Source: an uncultured Pelagibacteraceae bacterium | GTDB lineage: Bacteria; Pseudomonadota; Alphaproteobacteria; Pelagibacterales; Pelagibacteraceae | Length of the DNA stretch: 64,000 nt | NCBI GenBank assembly: GCA_902550285.1 | Contig: CACCYQ010000002.1 | Location: 8,030-72,029, forward strand | Direction: 5' to 3' | Shown here: piece by piece, positions 20,361-29,826 of the stretch | How the letters are laid out: the number at the start of each line of letters is the position of its first letter | Numbering within the stretch: the first letter of the stretch is position 1 | Made by a program: the position numbers and the translations under genes | The notes under the pieces: generated by a model | Databases searched by the model: none | The model's input: only the letters and a program-made list of their open reading frames with translations | Told to the model about the DNA's origin: nothing

Positions 20361-20986
20361 GGACTAGGAATTATTTCGCCTCGTTTCATAAAGTCAAAAC
20401 CTTTAATTACAGCTTTTCTTTCTGAAATTTCTAAATACCATTTTGTTAAATTTTTATAATTTTTAAGACCAACGTCATGCCATTCATGCCTAGCTATCCA
20501 AGGCCATGTTGCTATATCAGCAATTGAGTAATTTTTTCCAGCCAAAAATTTTGATTCTCCAAGTCTTTCATCCAAATCTTTGTATATTGTTTGTGTAATT
20601 TTAAAATATCTTTCTTCCCCAAATTGACTTTTTCCAGGATTATAATGATGAAATTGATGATGTTGACCAATAAATGGTCCAACAATTGCCATTTGAATCA
20701 TCAGCCATTGATTAATTTTAAGTCTATTATCTTCTTCGTAAAACTTTTTACTTTTTTCACCTAAGTACATTAGGATCGCGCCAGATTCAAAAATTGTCTC
20801 CTTATTATTTTTGTGATCTATAATTACTGGAATTTTGCTAAATGGACTTAATTTTCTAAATTCTGGTTTAAATTGCTCATCTTTGAAAATATTTACTTTT
20901 GTAACTTTATAGTCCCAGCCAATTTCTTCCAACATTATTCCAATTTTTTTTCCATTTGGAGTATCTGCAGTAAAAAGTTCAATCAC
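20357..20986 (-). CDS. Glutathione S-transferase, YfcG/YghU-like
   Basis: TPNG, KIPVI, FESGAIL, YSIADIA. Confidence 0.92.
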   Translation of the reverse strand: MIELFTADTPNGKKIGIMLEEIGWDYKVTKVNIFKDEQFKPEFRKLSPFSKIPVIIDHKNNKETIFESGAILMYLGEKSKKFYEEDNRLKINQWLMIQMAIVGPFIGQHHQFHHYNPGKSQFGEERYFKITQTIYKDLDERLGESKFLAGKNYSIADIATWPWIARHEWHDVGLKNYKNLTKWYLEISERKAVIKGFDFMKRGEIIPSP

Positions 20987-21998
20987 CTTTTACACCTAAT
21001 CTACTTTTAATAGTTTTGGATGATGTAGTGAATTCAAATCTATATTTTTCGTTTGGTCTAGCTAGTGTAAAGCAAGCTCTGGCAGCTAATGCGCCTTCAT
21101 GAAATCCTGATAAAATTAATTTTAATTTTCCAGGGTAGCTGCAAATATCTCCTACTGCGTATATGCCTTTATGGTTAGTTTCAAATTTTTCTGTGTCAAC
21201 ATTTATTGTTTTATTATCCAAATTGAGTCCCCACTTGGCTATTGGTCCAAGTTGCATTATCAAGCCAAAAAAACCTAAAACAAAATCAGTTTTAAGATTC
21301 TTCACTTCCTTATTTTCGTGCTCTATATCAATGCTTTCAAGATTGATTGAGCCTTTCGCATCTTTTAATTGATATTTGGTAAATAGGTTTATTTTTCCTT
21401 CTTTTGACAACTTGTACATATTATCTACTGTTGATTGCGCACTTCTAAACTCATCTCTTCTATGAATTAAATTTACTTTAGAATTTCTTGATAATTCAAT
21501 TGCCCAGTCTAGGGCGCTATCTCCACCTCCAAAAATTGAAACAGTTTTATTTTTAAAAATTGTTTTATCTTTTATTGAATAATAAATTGATTTGTTTTCA
21601 AATTTTTCGCAATTTTTTGCAGGAAATTTTCTTGGTTCAAATGAGCCGACGCCTCCTGCTATAATTATATTTGGAGTATTGAATGATGTTCCTTTATTTG
21701 TTTTAACTTCCCATTTGCCATTATTATTTTTTACCTCATCTACTCTCTCATTTAAGTGAAATTTAATATTAAAAGGTTTTAACTGATTAATTAAATTATT
21801 TGTAAGCTCCTCACCAGTACACTCTGGTATCGCAGGAATATCATAAATTGGTTTATCGGGATAAAGTTCAATACATTGTCCACCAATTTTGTCGAGGTTA
21901 TCAACTATTTCACAATCTAAGCCAATTAATTTTAATTGATGAGCTGTAAATAATCCGGTTGGACCTGCTCCAATTATTAGTGCATCAGTTTTTATCAT
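20979..21998 (-). CDS. Thioredoxin-reductase-like ferredoxin--NADP(+) reductase
   Basis: GAGPTG, GGQCIELYPDKPIYD, GGGDSALDW, YPGKLKLI; no CXXC; coupled to a ferredoxin gene. Confidence 0.88.
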   Translation of the reverse strand: MIKTDALIIGAGPTGLFTAHQLKLIGLDCEIVDNLDKIGGQCIELYPDKPIYDIPAIPECTGEELTNNLINQLKPFNIKFHLNERVDEVKNNNGKWEVKTNKGTSFNTPNIIIAGGVGSFEPRKFPAKNCEKFENKSIYYSIKDKTIFKNKTVSIFGGGDSALDWAIELSRNSKVNLIHRRDEFRSAQSTVDNMYKLSKEGKINLFTKYQLKDAKGSINLESIDIEHENKEVKNLKTDFVLGFFGLIMQLGPIAKWGLNLDNKTINVDTEKFETNHKGIYAVGDICSYPGKLKLILSGFHEGALAARACFTLARPNEKYRFEFTTSSKTIKSRLGVKGD

Positions 21999-22318
21999 TA
22001 TGCTTGTTTTTTTGGAAGTTGAACAACTAATCCATCTATCTCATCTGAAACAGTAAGTTGACAGCTTAGTCTACTAAATTTATTTGGCTCAAAAGCCATA
22101 TCAATCATATCTTCTTCACCATTTTCTTTTATTGGTAGCTTATTAAACCAATCTTCTTTGACATAAACATGGCAAGTTGCGCACGCCATACTACCTCCAC
22201 AATCAGCATCAATTCCTGGAATATTGTTTTGCACTGCCCCTTCCATAACTGTTAATCCATTAGCCACATCAATTTGATGAGATTTTCCGTTATACTCTAT
22301 GTAAGTAATTTTTGGCAT
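21998..22318 (-). CDS. [2Fe-2S] ferredoxin (adrenodoxin/putidaredoxin type)
   Basis: [14 protein letters not shown]...SRLSCQ. Confidence 0.95.
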   Translation of the reverse strand: MPKITYIEYNGKSHQIDVANGLTVMEGAVQNNIPGIDADCGGSMACATCHVYVKEDWFNKLPIKENGEEDMIDMAFEPNKFSRLSCQLTVSDEIDGLVVQLPKKQA

Positions 22319-22345
22319 CTTTTATAATATATAGGTACAAAAAAA

Positions 22346-22377
22346 AATAGGGCAAGTAACTTAATACTTGCCCTATT
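22346..22377 (-). terminator. Intrinsic terminator downstream of proteorhodopsin
   Basis: 13-bp stem AATAGGGCAAGTA / TACTTGCCCTATT followed by a U tract on the minus strand. Confidence 0.88.
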
Positions 22378-22405
22378 ATTAATTGTTTTTAACTCTGAAA
22401 AAGTA

Positions 22406-23170
22406 TTATCTTCCTCTAGAGTTGGCAACAGCGCAAGACCAGATAATAACACCAAATGCGATCTTATTAACAAAGTCTGCTAAGTTATAAATCACGTTAA
22501 GCGAGTTAGCATCAATTCCACCTGTTAAGTAACCAAATACATAACCTAGTGGGTATATAGCCCAACCAACTGTAACGATCATTCTTAAAGCACCAAAGGC
22601 TGTAACTAAAGATTTATTTCCAGATCTAGCTACTGTTTTACCAGCTTCACCTGAAAAGATTTCATATAAAATGTAAATCCATCCAGCCATACCTATAATA
22701 AATCCAAGCATAGGAGCAATAAAACCTGCTTCTCCCATGTATCCACCTACTAGCATTACTATCGAACCGATTAAGATTCTCCAGAAAATTCCAGTTGGTA
22801 CTTTTTTAACTGCTGCAAGAATTAAATAAAATTCTACCAGCTGTAATGGTACAGTAATTAACCAGTCAATATATCTGTAAACAGTTGGAGTATCACCTGT
22901 TTCAACCCATACTGCTCTCATGTACATATAGTGAATGAATGCTATACCAGTTACTAATCCAGCTACGTTAACCGATTTTCTCCATTGAACGCCAACATTG
23001 GCTTGTTCCATAAAGAAAAAAGCAGTAGCTGCTAACATACCCATTGATATTAACCAAAATGAAATTCCAACAAAATCATCTGTGGCTAAAAAGGTAGTTG
23101 CCGCATTAGCTGCTGTAGTTGCTCCAATTAGAGCAAATAAAGCTATCGCTAAGGTTTTTACTTTTGTCAT
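22406..23170 (-). CDS. Proteorhodopsin, blue-tuned proton pump
   Basis: RYIDWLITVPLQLVEF (D97/T101/Q105/E108 in standard numbering), H75 in FIHY, LADFVNK with the retinal Lys; start MTKVK at 23170 preceded by SD GAGGGAG. Confidence 0.97.
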   Translation of the reverse strand: MTKVKTLAIALFALIGATTAANAATTFLATDDFVGISFWLISMGMLAATAFFFMEQANVGVQWRKSVNVAGLVTGIAFIHYMYMRAVWVETGDTPTVYRYIDWLITVPLQLVEFYLILAAVKKVPTGIFWRILIGSIVMLVGGYMGEAGFIAPMLGFIIGMAGWIYILYEIFSGEAGKTVARSGNKSLVTAFGALRMIVTVGWAIYPLGYVFGYLTGGIDANSLNVIYNLADFVNKIAFGVIIWSCAVANSRGR

Positions 23171-23386
23171 AAAAAACTCCCTCATTAGTTAGTTTTTTTA
23201 GTTTAAATTTAAACTAGGGCACTATTCCGCAATAGCACCTCAGCTATGGGCTAAATATCAAATTAAGTAAGTTAATTGAAGACTTTTTTACCTTTAAAAA
23301 GTATTGATTTTACTAGCTTTTTAAAATTAAATGCAACCAAGTTTATAAAATCATGACAATTATGACACTTAAAAACAAATCACTAT

Positions 23387-25285
23387 ATGAATTTAAAATT
23401 TAAAGAAATTTACGATAATTCAATTAAAAATCCTAATAAATTTTGGGAAGATGTCTCTAAAGATATTTTTTGGTATAAAAAACCATCAAAAATACTAAAT
23501 CAATCCAATCCTCCTTTTTATAAATGGTTTGAAGATGGTACTACAAATACCTGTTATAATGCTTTAGATATTCATATTCAAAATGGCTTGGGAGATAAAA
23601 CAGCTCTAATTTACGATAGCCCAATTACTGGAAAAAAATCAAAATTTACTTTTTCAAATTTAAAAGAAAAAGTAGCAAAATTTGCATGGGCACTTCAAAA
23701 TCAAGGAGTGGGGAAAGGAGATCGTGTTATAATTTATATGCCAATGATACCAGAAGCAGTAATGGCTATGTTGGCATGTGGAAGAATAGGAGCAATTCAT
23801 TCGGTAGTATTTGGAGGGTTTGCGGCTAATGAGCTAGCAAGTAGGATTGATGACTCTAAAGCAAAAATATTAGTAACTGCTTCTTGTGGATTTGAGCCAG
23901 GAAGAACTGTTGAATATAAACCACTTGTGGATAAGGCTTTAGAGATCGCAAAACATAAACCTGAAAAATTAATTCTTTATCAAAGAGAAGGTCACGAAGT
24001 TGATCTAAATAATAAAAATGAAATAAGTTGGAATGATGCAATTAAAAGTGCTCAAGAAGTAGATTGTGTTGAAATGAATGCAAATGATTTTGCATATATA
24101 CTTTATACATCAGGAACAACAGGTATTCCTAAAGGAATTGTAAGAGATATAGGTGGTCATATAGTTGCACTTAAATGGACAATGAAAAATATTTATAATA
24201 TTAATCAAGATGATGTTTGGTGGTCTGCAAGTGATATAGGTTGGATTGTAGGTCACTCTTATATTGTTTACGCTCCATTATTCAAAGGATGTACGACTGT
24301 ACTATTTGAAGGCAAACCAGTTGGAACACCTGATGCAGGTGTTTTTTGGAGGGTAATATCTGAATATAAAATTAAATCTTTGTTCACAGCACCTACTGCT
24401 TTTAGAGCAATTAAAAAAGAAGATCCAGAAGGAAAATTTTTTTCAAAATATGATTTAAGTTGTTTTGAATCATTATTTTTAGCAGGAGAAAGAGCTGATC
24501 CCGATACTCTTAAATGGGCTGAATCATTATTAAAAGTTCCTGTTATAGATCATTGGTGGCAAACTGAAACTAGTTGGGCAATTAGTTCTAATTGCACAGG
24601 TATTGAGATGCAAAAAACTAAATATGGATCTGCATGTATGCCTGTTCCGGGATACGATGTTAAAGTTTTAAAATCCGATAAGTCTGAAGCGAAAGCAAAT
24701 GAAATGGGAGATATTGTAGTTAAACTTCCTCTTCCTCCTGGAACTTTTCCAACTTTATGGAATGCAGATGAAAGATATAAAAAAACTTATATGTCAAATT
24801 ATGAAGGTTATTATCAAACTTACGATGCTGGTCACATTGATGAAGATGGATATGTTTGGATAATGTCCAGAACTGATGACATAATTAATGTTGCAGGTCA
24901 TAGATTATCAACAGGCGCAATCGAAGAAGTGTTGTCTGAACATAAATCAGTGGCAGAGTGTGCAGTTTTAGGAATAGCAGACAAATTAAAAGGACAATTA
25001 CCTATAGGTCTGTTAGCTTTAAAATCTGGAGTAAAACAAACAAATGAAGAAATTATTAAAGAATGCATTCAAATGGTTAGAAATAAAGTTGGACCAGTTG
25101 CTGCATTTAAAATAGCTATTATTGTAAAAAGATTACCTAAAACAAGATCTGGAAAGATATTAAGAGGTACTATAAGAAAGATTGCTGATAAAGAAGTATA
25201 CAAAATGCCTGCAACAATTGATGATCCCGCGATCTTAGATGAAATAAGACAAGATCTAATAAATAATAAAATTTTAAAAAGATGA
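23387..25285 (+). CDS. prpE: Propionyl-CoA synthetase (acyl-CoA ligase)
   Basis: YTSGTTGIPKG, SDIGWIVGHSYIVY, DHWWQTE, INVAGHRLS, LPKTRSGK. Confidence 0.88.
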   Translation: MNLKFKEIYDNSIKNPNKFWEDVSKDIFWYKKPSKILNQSNPPFYKWFEDGTTNTCYNALDIHIQNGLGDKTALIYDSPITGKKSKFTFSNLKEKVAKFAWALQNQGVGKGDRVIIYMPMIPEAVMAMLACGRIGAIHSVVFGGFAANELASRIDDSKAKILVTASCGFEPGRTVEYKPLVDKALEIAKHKPEKLILYQREGHEVDLNNKNEISWNDAIKSAQEVDCVEMNANDFAYILYTSGTTGIPKGIVRDIGGHIVALKWTMKNIYNINQDDVWWSASDIGWIVGHSYIVYAPLFKGCTTVLFEGKPVGTPDAGVFWRVISEYKIKSLFTAPTAFRAIKKEDPEGKFFSKYDLSCFESLFLAGERADPDTLKWAESLLKVPVIDHWWQTETSWAISSNCTGIEMQKTKYGSACMPVPGYDVKVLKSDKSEAKANEMGDIVVKLPLPPGTFPTLWNADERYKKTYMSNYEGYYQTYDAGHIDEDGYVWIMSRTDDIINVAGHRLSTGAIEEVLSEHKSVAECAVLGIADKLKGQLPIGLLALKSGVKQTNEEIIKECIQMVRNKVGPVAAFKIAIIVKRLPKTRSGKILRGTIRKIADKEVYKMPATIDDPAILDEIRQDLINNKILKR

Positions 25286-25614
25286 CAAAAGCTTATATTT
25301 TTATGTTCGTTGCAATTTTTTGTGAAGTAGCAGGCACATTGCTTCTTCCTTCTACTCAAAATTTTACAAAAATAATTCCAACGGCTATAGCTGCCACTTG
25401 CTATTTGACAGCATTATATTGTCTTACTCATGTATTGCACAAAATTCCCATTGCTATTGTTTATGCAACTTGGAGTGGATTGGGAATATTTACAATTGCA
25501 TTATTTGGATACTTCTTTTTTAAACAAAGTCTTAGTTGGCAAGCAGTTATTGGATTATTTTTTATAGTCTGTGGCGTAGTTTTGGTTAATAGCTTTTCTT
25601 CAAGAGTTATTTAA
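25282..25614 (+). CDS. Small multidrug resistance (SMR/DMT) transporter
   Basis: Four TM segments; conserved Glu in AIFCEVAGT; IPIAIVYATWSGLG. Confidence 0.9.
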   Translation: MTKAYIFMFVAIFCEVAGTLLLPSTQNFTKIIPTAIAATCYLTALYCLTHVLHKIPIAIVYATWSGLGIFTIALFGYFFFKQSLSWQAVIGLFFIVCGVVLVNSFSSRVI

Positions 25615-26914
25615 ATTGCATTGGTGTTCCATCTGGTTCCCCAATTATTTTTCCATCTTTCATTTTAATTTTACCATTAATTATTGTTGCAATAGGAGTT
25701 CCTTTAAATTTGTATCCATCGAATGGAGACCACCCACATTTACTCTCAATATTTGCATTTCTAATTTGAATTGTTTTATTCATATCAACAATTGTAAAGT
25801 CGGCATCATATCCTTCTTTTATAAATCCTTTATTTTTAATTCCAAAAATTTTAACAGGATTTTCACAAACAAGATTAATTAATTGATTAAGTGATAATTT
25901 TCCATCATTTACATGGTTTAACATTACTGGAATTAAAGTTTGTACCCCGGGCATTCCTGAAGGTGAATTTGGATATTTTTTTTCTTTATTTACTTTTAAA
26001 TGTGGAGCGTGATCCGATCCAATAGTGTCATTAAAATTATTTTTTACAGCATACCATAATCTATCATAATGGGATTTATCTCTTAAAGGAGGATTCATCT
26101 GGGCGTAAGTTCCAAGTTTGTCATAACAATCAGGAGCATATAAAGTTAAATGCTGTGGAGTAATTTCAAATGTAATATTTCCTTTATGTTGAGATAAAAA
26201 ATCAACTTCATCTTTTGTTGTAACATGAAGAATGTGTGCTTTTTTCTTATATTTCTCAGCAATTCTTACAATCCTTCTTGTAGATGACATTGCACATTCT
26301 ACACTTCTCCAAACTGGATGGGTATGAACATCACCTTCTTTAATTAATTTTTTATTTAAGTTTAAAATTGCTTCATCTTCTGAATGAACAGCTACAACTT
26401 TTGAACTACTTTGAAATACCTTCTCAATATCCTCTTCATCTGCAACCAATAAATTACCGGTTGAAGAACCTGCAAAAAGTTTAATTCCAGAACAACCTTC
26501 TAAATCTTTTAAATCTGATAACTCATTTGCGTTATCAGCTGTTGCGCCAAAATAAAATGCATAATTGCAGTACATTCTATTCTTTGCGAGATCTAATTTT
26601 TTTTGAAATTCTACCTTATTAGATGTTGGTGGATTGGTGTTTGGCATCTCAAAAACACTGGTAATTCCTCCAGCAATTGCTGCCTTACTTCCTGAATTAA
26701 GATCTTCTGTATCGGTTGATCCGGGTTCTCTAAAATGGGTTTGAGTATCTATACAACCCGGTAAAACGATTTTTTTTTCAGCATTTACTATTTCTTTTGT
26801 TTCTTCTGTAATTTGACCTATCTGCTGAATTTTTCCATTTTTAATAGCAACATCAACATTTTTCAGTTCACCATTAATATAACATTGTCCATTTTTTATT
26901 ATTAGATCTAACAT
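25607..26914 (-). CDS. pyrC: Dihydroorotase
   Basis: PGCIDTQTHFREPG, EMPNT, MNPPLR, GSDHAPH, SKCGWSPFDG. Confidence 0.88.
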   Translation of the reverse strand: MLDLIIKNGQCYINGELKNVDVAIKNGKIQQIGQITEETKEIVNAEKKIVLPGCIDTQTHFREPGSTDTEDLNSGSKAAIAGGITSVFEMPNTNPPTSNKVEFQKKLDLAKNRMYCNYAFYFGATADNANELSDLKDLEGCSGIKLFAGSSTGNLLVADEEDIEKVFQSSSKVVAVHSEDEAILNLNKKLIKEGDVHTHPVWRSVECAMSSTRRIVRIAEKYKKKAHILHVTTKDEVDFLSQHKGNITFEITPQHLTLYAPDCYDKLGTYAQMNPPLRDKSHYDRLWYAVKNNFNDTIGSDHAPHLKVNKEKKYPNSPSGMPGVQTLIPVMLNHVNDGKLSLNQLINLVCENPVKIFGIKNKGFIKEGYDADFTIVDMNKTIQIRNANIESKCGWSPFDGYKFKGTPIATIINGKIKMKDGKIIGEPDGTPMQFK

Positions 26915-26957
26915 TTTTTAGAAAAGTAACTATATTATAAATAGCTTACTTTCAATT

Positions 26958-27845
26958 ATGAATAAAAAAAAAGTTTATATATTAGAAGATCGTGGAATAT
27001 TATTTGTACAGGGCAAGGATGCTAAGGAATTTTTACAAAATTTAATAACAAACGATATTGAAAAAGTAAATGAAACTAATAGTTGCTTTGCATCCCTTTT
27101 AACCCCCCAGGGAAAGTATCTTTTTGATTTTTTAATTGTTAAACATAAAGATGGATATTTTCTAGATTGTGAAAAACTACAAATTGAAAATCTTTATAAT
27201 CAATTAGATCTTTATAAACTTAGATCTAAAATCGAAATATTAAATTTAAGTAATGAATTTGTAGTAGCTGTATTAAGTGATAAAAAATTTTTAGAATTTG
27301 ATGGTGCTAAAAATCTACCTGGTTTTACAATCAAATACATAGAAGATCCTATATTTTTAGATCCAAGAAAAAAAGAATTGGGCGCAAGAATTATCGTTAA
27401 TTTAGAAAAACTATATTTATCTTTAAAAAAATTAGATTTGAAAGCTTCAGATATTGATGAATATTATAAATTCAGCCATGAAATTGGAATTGTACAAAAA
27501 AGCACTGATCAACTTAAAAATAAAATATTTGGTATAGAATGTAATTTTGAAGAATTAAATGGATTAGATTTTAAAAAAGGTTGTTATGTTGGGCAAGAAA
27601 ATACAGCAAGAATTAAATTAAAGGATAAACTTTCAAAAAAATTGCTTCCTATAGAAGTAGTAAAAGGTTCAATAAAAGTTGATGATGAAGTATCATTTAA
27701 CGAAATTAAATTAGGTAAGATTTTAATTAGTGATAAATACCCTTTTGGGTTAATTAAGTTTAAAGACGAAAGCTTTGATTTTAATAAAACATTAAATTGT
27801 GGATCTGCTTCAATTAAGATTTTAAGACCACGGTGGTTAAAATAA
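26958..27845 (+). CDS. ygfZ: Folate-binding Fe-S repair protein YgfZ
   Basis: LTPQGK and KGCYVGQE signature. Confidence 0.92.
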   Translation: MNKKKVYILEDRGILFVQGKDAKEFLQNLITNDIEKVNETNSCFASLLTPQGKYLFDFLIVKHKDGYFLDCEKLQIENLYNQLDLYKLRSKIEILNLSNEFVVAVLSDKKFLEFDGAKNLPGFTIKYIEDPIFLDPRKKELGARIIVNLEKLYLSLKKLDLKASDIDEYYKFSHEIGIVQKSTDQLKNKIFGIECNFEELNGLDFKKGCYVGQENTARIKLKDKLSKKLLPIEVVKGSIKVDDEVSFNEIKLGKILISDKYPFGLIKFKDESFDFNKTLNCGSASIKILRPRWLK

Positions 27846-27857
27846 ATATTAATTTTG

Positions 27858-27943
27858 TGGTGCGGCCAGAGAGACTCGAACTCTCATGGGCGAGGCCCAC
27901 ACGGCCCTCAACCGTGCCTGTCTACCAGTTTCAGCATGACCGC
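27858..27943 (-). tRNA. tRNA-Leu(GAG)
   Basis: GCGGTCA...anticodon arm CACGG-TTGAGGG-CCGTG, long variable arm, GTTCGAGTC, encoded CCA; 86 nt. Confidence 0.95.
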
Positions 27944-27998
27944 ATATGCGTCAGAATAATTGAATGACATTCACGTTTCAAGTTGATAGATTTGTATT

Positions 27999-28988
27999 AT
28001 GGAATTTACTGCTGAGATAAAAAAAGCAACAGATCCAATTTATCAAAAGATTTCAAAAGCTATTCCAGAAATTGAGTGGCCAAGCCATGCTCCTTATATT
28101 TATGAAATAAATAAATTAAAAAAAGAAAAAAATGCTGTCATACTTGCACATAACTACCAGACTCCAGAAATTTATCATGGTATATCTGATTTCTCTGCTG
28201 ACTCACTGGCATTAGCAGTTGAAGCGGCAAAAACAAAAGCAGACATTATCGTTATGTGTGGTGTACATTTCATGGCTGAAACTGCAAAATTAATGAGCCC
28301 CAAAAAAAAAGTGTTGCTTCCTGACTTAAGCGCGGGTTGTTCACTATCTTCATCTATAACTGGGGAAGATGTAAGAAATTTAAAAAAAAAATATCCAGGT
28401 GTTCCGGTCGTGTCTTATGTAAACACTTCTGCTGATGTAAAATCTGAAACTGATATATGTTGCACATCTGCCAACGCAGTTAAAATAGTAAACTCACTTG
28501 GTGCTAAAAAAGTAATTTTTTTACCTGATGACTATTTAGCAAAATATGTAGCATCTCAAACGAATGTTGAAATTGTATCTTGGAAAGGAACATGCGAAGT
28601 GCATGAGCAGTTTAATGATGAAGAAATAAATGAAATTAGAAAAAATAATCCTGGAATAAAAATAATTGCTCACCCAGAATGCCCACCGGATGTTATAAAA
28701 GCAAGTGATTTTGCTGGATCTACCAGTGGAATGATTAAATATGTAAAAGATAATCAGCCAGAAAAAGTTATGATGGTAACAGAGTGCTCTATGAGTGATA
28801 ATGTTCAAGTAGATAATCCAAATGTAAAATTTATAAGACCATGCAATTTATGCCCTCATATGAAAAAAATTACTCTTCCAAAAATTTTAGATTGTTTGCA
28901 AAACGAAACGAACGAAATTTTAATGGATGATGATACAATTAAGAAAGCTAAAAAATCAGTAGAAAGAATGACTGAAATAGGCAGATAA
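27999..28988 (+). CDS. nadA: Quinolinate synthase A
   Basis: LAHNYQ, CGVHFMAE, AGCSLS, AHPEC, CPHMK. Confidence 0.96.
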   Translation: MEFTAEIKKATDPIYQKISKAIPEIEWPSHAPYIYEINKLKKEKNAVILAHNYQTPEIYHGISDFSADSLALAVEAAKTKADIIVMCGVHFMAETAKLMSPKKKVLLPDLSAGCSLSSSITGEDVRNLKKKYPGVPVVSYVNTSADVKSETDICCTSANAVKIVNSLGAKKVIFLPDDYLAKYVASQTNVEIVSWKGTCEVHEQFNDEEINEIRKNNPGIKIIAHPECPPDVIKASDFAGSTSGMIKYVKDNQPEKVMMVTECSMSDNVQVDNPNVKFIRPCNLCPHMKKITLPKILDCLQNETNEILMDDDTIKKAKKSVERMTEIGR

Positions 28989-28992
28989 ATTT

Positions 28993-29826
28993 GTGTCAAA
29001 AAAAATATTTGGAAAAAATTTTATAAGAGATGCTTGTAAAGCTGCATTAAATGAGGACCTTTATCCTTCTGGAGACATTTCTTCAAAACTTTTAAAAAAT
29101 AATATAAAAAAAAAAGCAAAACTAATTTCTAATCAAGCAGGAATAATTGGTGGATTAGAATTTGCAAAACAAACATTTAAATTATTAGACAAAAAAATTA
29201 AAATCAATTTTAAGAAAAAAGAAGGTTCTAAAATAAAAAAAGGCGATTTAATTGCTGTAATTGAGGGTAATATAAAACATATATTATCTGGAGAAAGAGT
29301 TGCATTAAATTTCTTATCTCATATATCGGGAATAGCTACTACAACAAATAAGTTTGTAAAAAAAGTAAAAAAAAAAAGTAAGATTTGTTGTACAAGAAAA
29401 ACAATACCGAATCTTAGATTGATCCAAAAATATGCTGTAAAATTAGGAGGTGGAACTAATCACAGATTTAATTTAAGTGATGAATTTTTAATAAAAGATA
29501 ATCATATTGCAAGTATGAATATTATGAAATTAGTTCAATTAGCAATTAGAAAAAAAAAGAATAAAAAAATAACAGTAGAAGTAGATAATCTTAATCAATT
29601 AAAAAAAATAATTGGTTTAAAATTTGACAGAATTCTTTTTGACAATATGAGCCCTAAAATTTTAAGCAAGGGTGTAAAACTATCAAAAAAACTTTACGAA
29701 ACGGAAGCATCGGGAGGTATAACATTAAAAAATGTAAAAATAATTGCTAATACTGGTGTTGAGAGAATTTCTATAGGATTACTTACCCGCTCTATAAATT
29801 CTTTAGATTTAAAGTTAGAAATTTAA
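28993..29826 (+). CDS. nadC: Nicotinate-nucleotide pyrophosphorylase (carboxylating)
   Basis: ERVALNFL, TRKT, NHRFNLSD..LIKDNH, VEVD, EASGG. Confidence 0.94.
   Translation: MSKKIFGKNFIRDACKAALNEDLYPSGDISSKLLKNNIKKKAKLISNQAGIIGGLEFAKQTFKLLDKKIKINFKKKEGSKIKKGDLIAVIEGNIKHILSGERVALNFLSHISGIATTTNKFVKKVKKKSKICCTRKTIPNLRLIQKYAVKLGGGTNHRFNLSDEFLIKDNHIASMNIMKLVQLAIRKKKNKKITVEVDNLNQLKKIIGLKFDRILFDNMSPKILSKGVKLSKKLYETEASGGITLKNVKIIANTGVERISIGLLTRSINSLDLKLEI

Noticed and set aside
23927-23935. Perfect DnaA boxes inside prpE and inside dxs (about 40757-40765)
   Set aside because: Isolated sites within coding sequence, compatible with chance
26730-26760. Dihydroorotase metal motif QxH instead of HxH as a sign of inactivation
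   Set aside because: I recall DTQxHFREPG as a normal variant in this alphaproteobacterial subfamily, and the other catalytic motifs are intact
27846-27998. tRNA-Leu (and tRNA-Arg at 44569) as occupied phage or island integration sites
   Set aside because: No integrase and no duplicated tRNA 3' end seen; core genes flank both tRNAs directly
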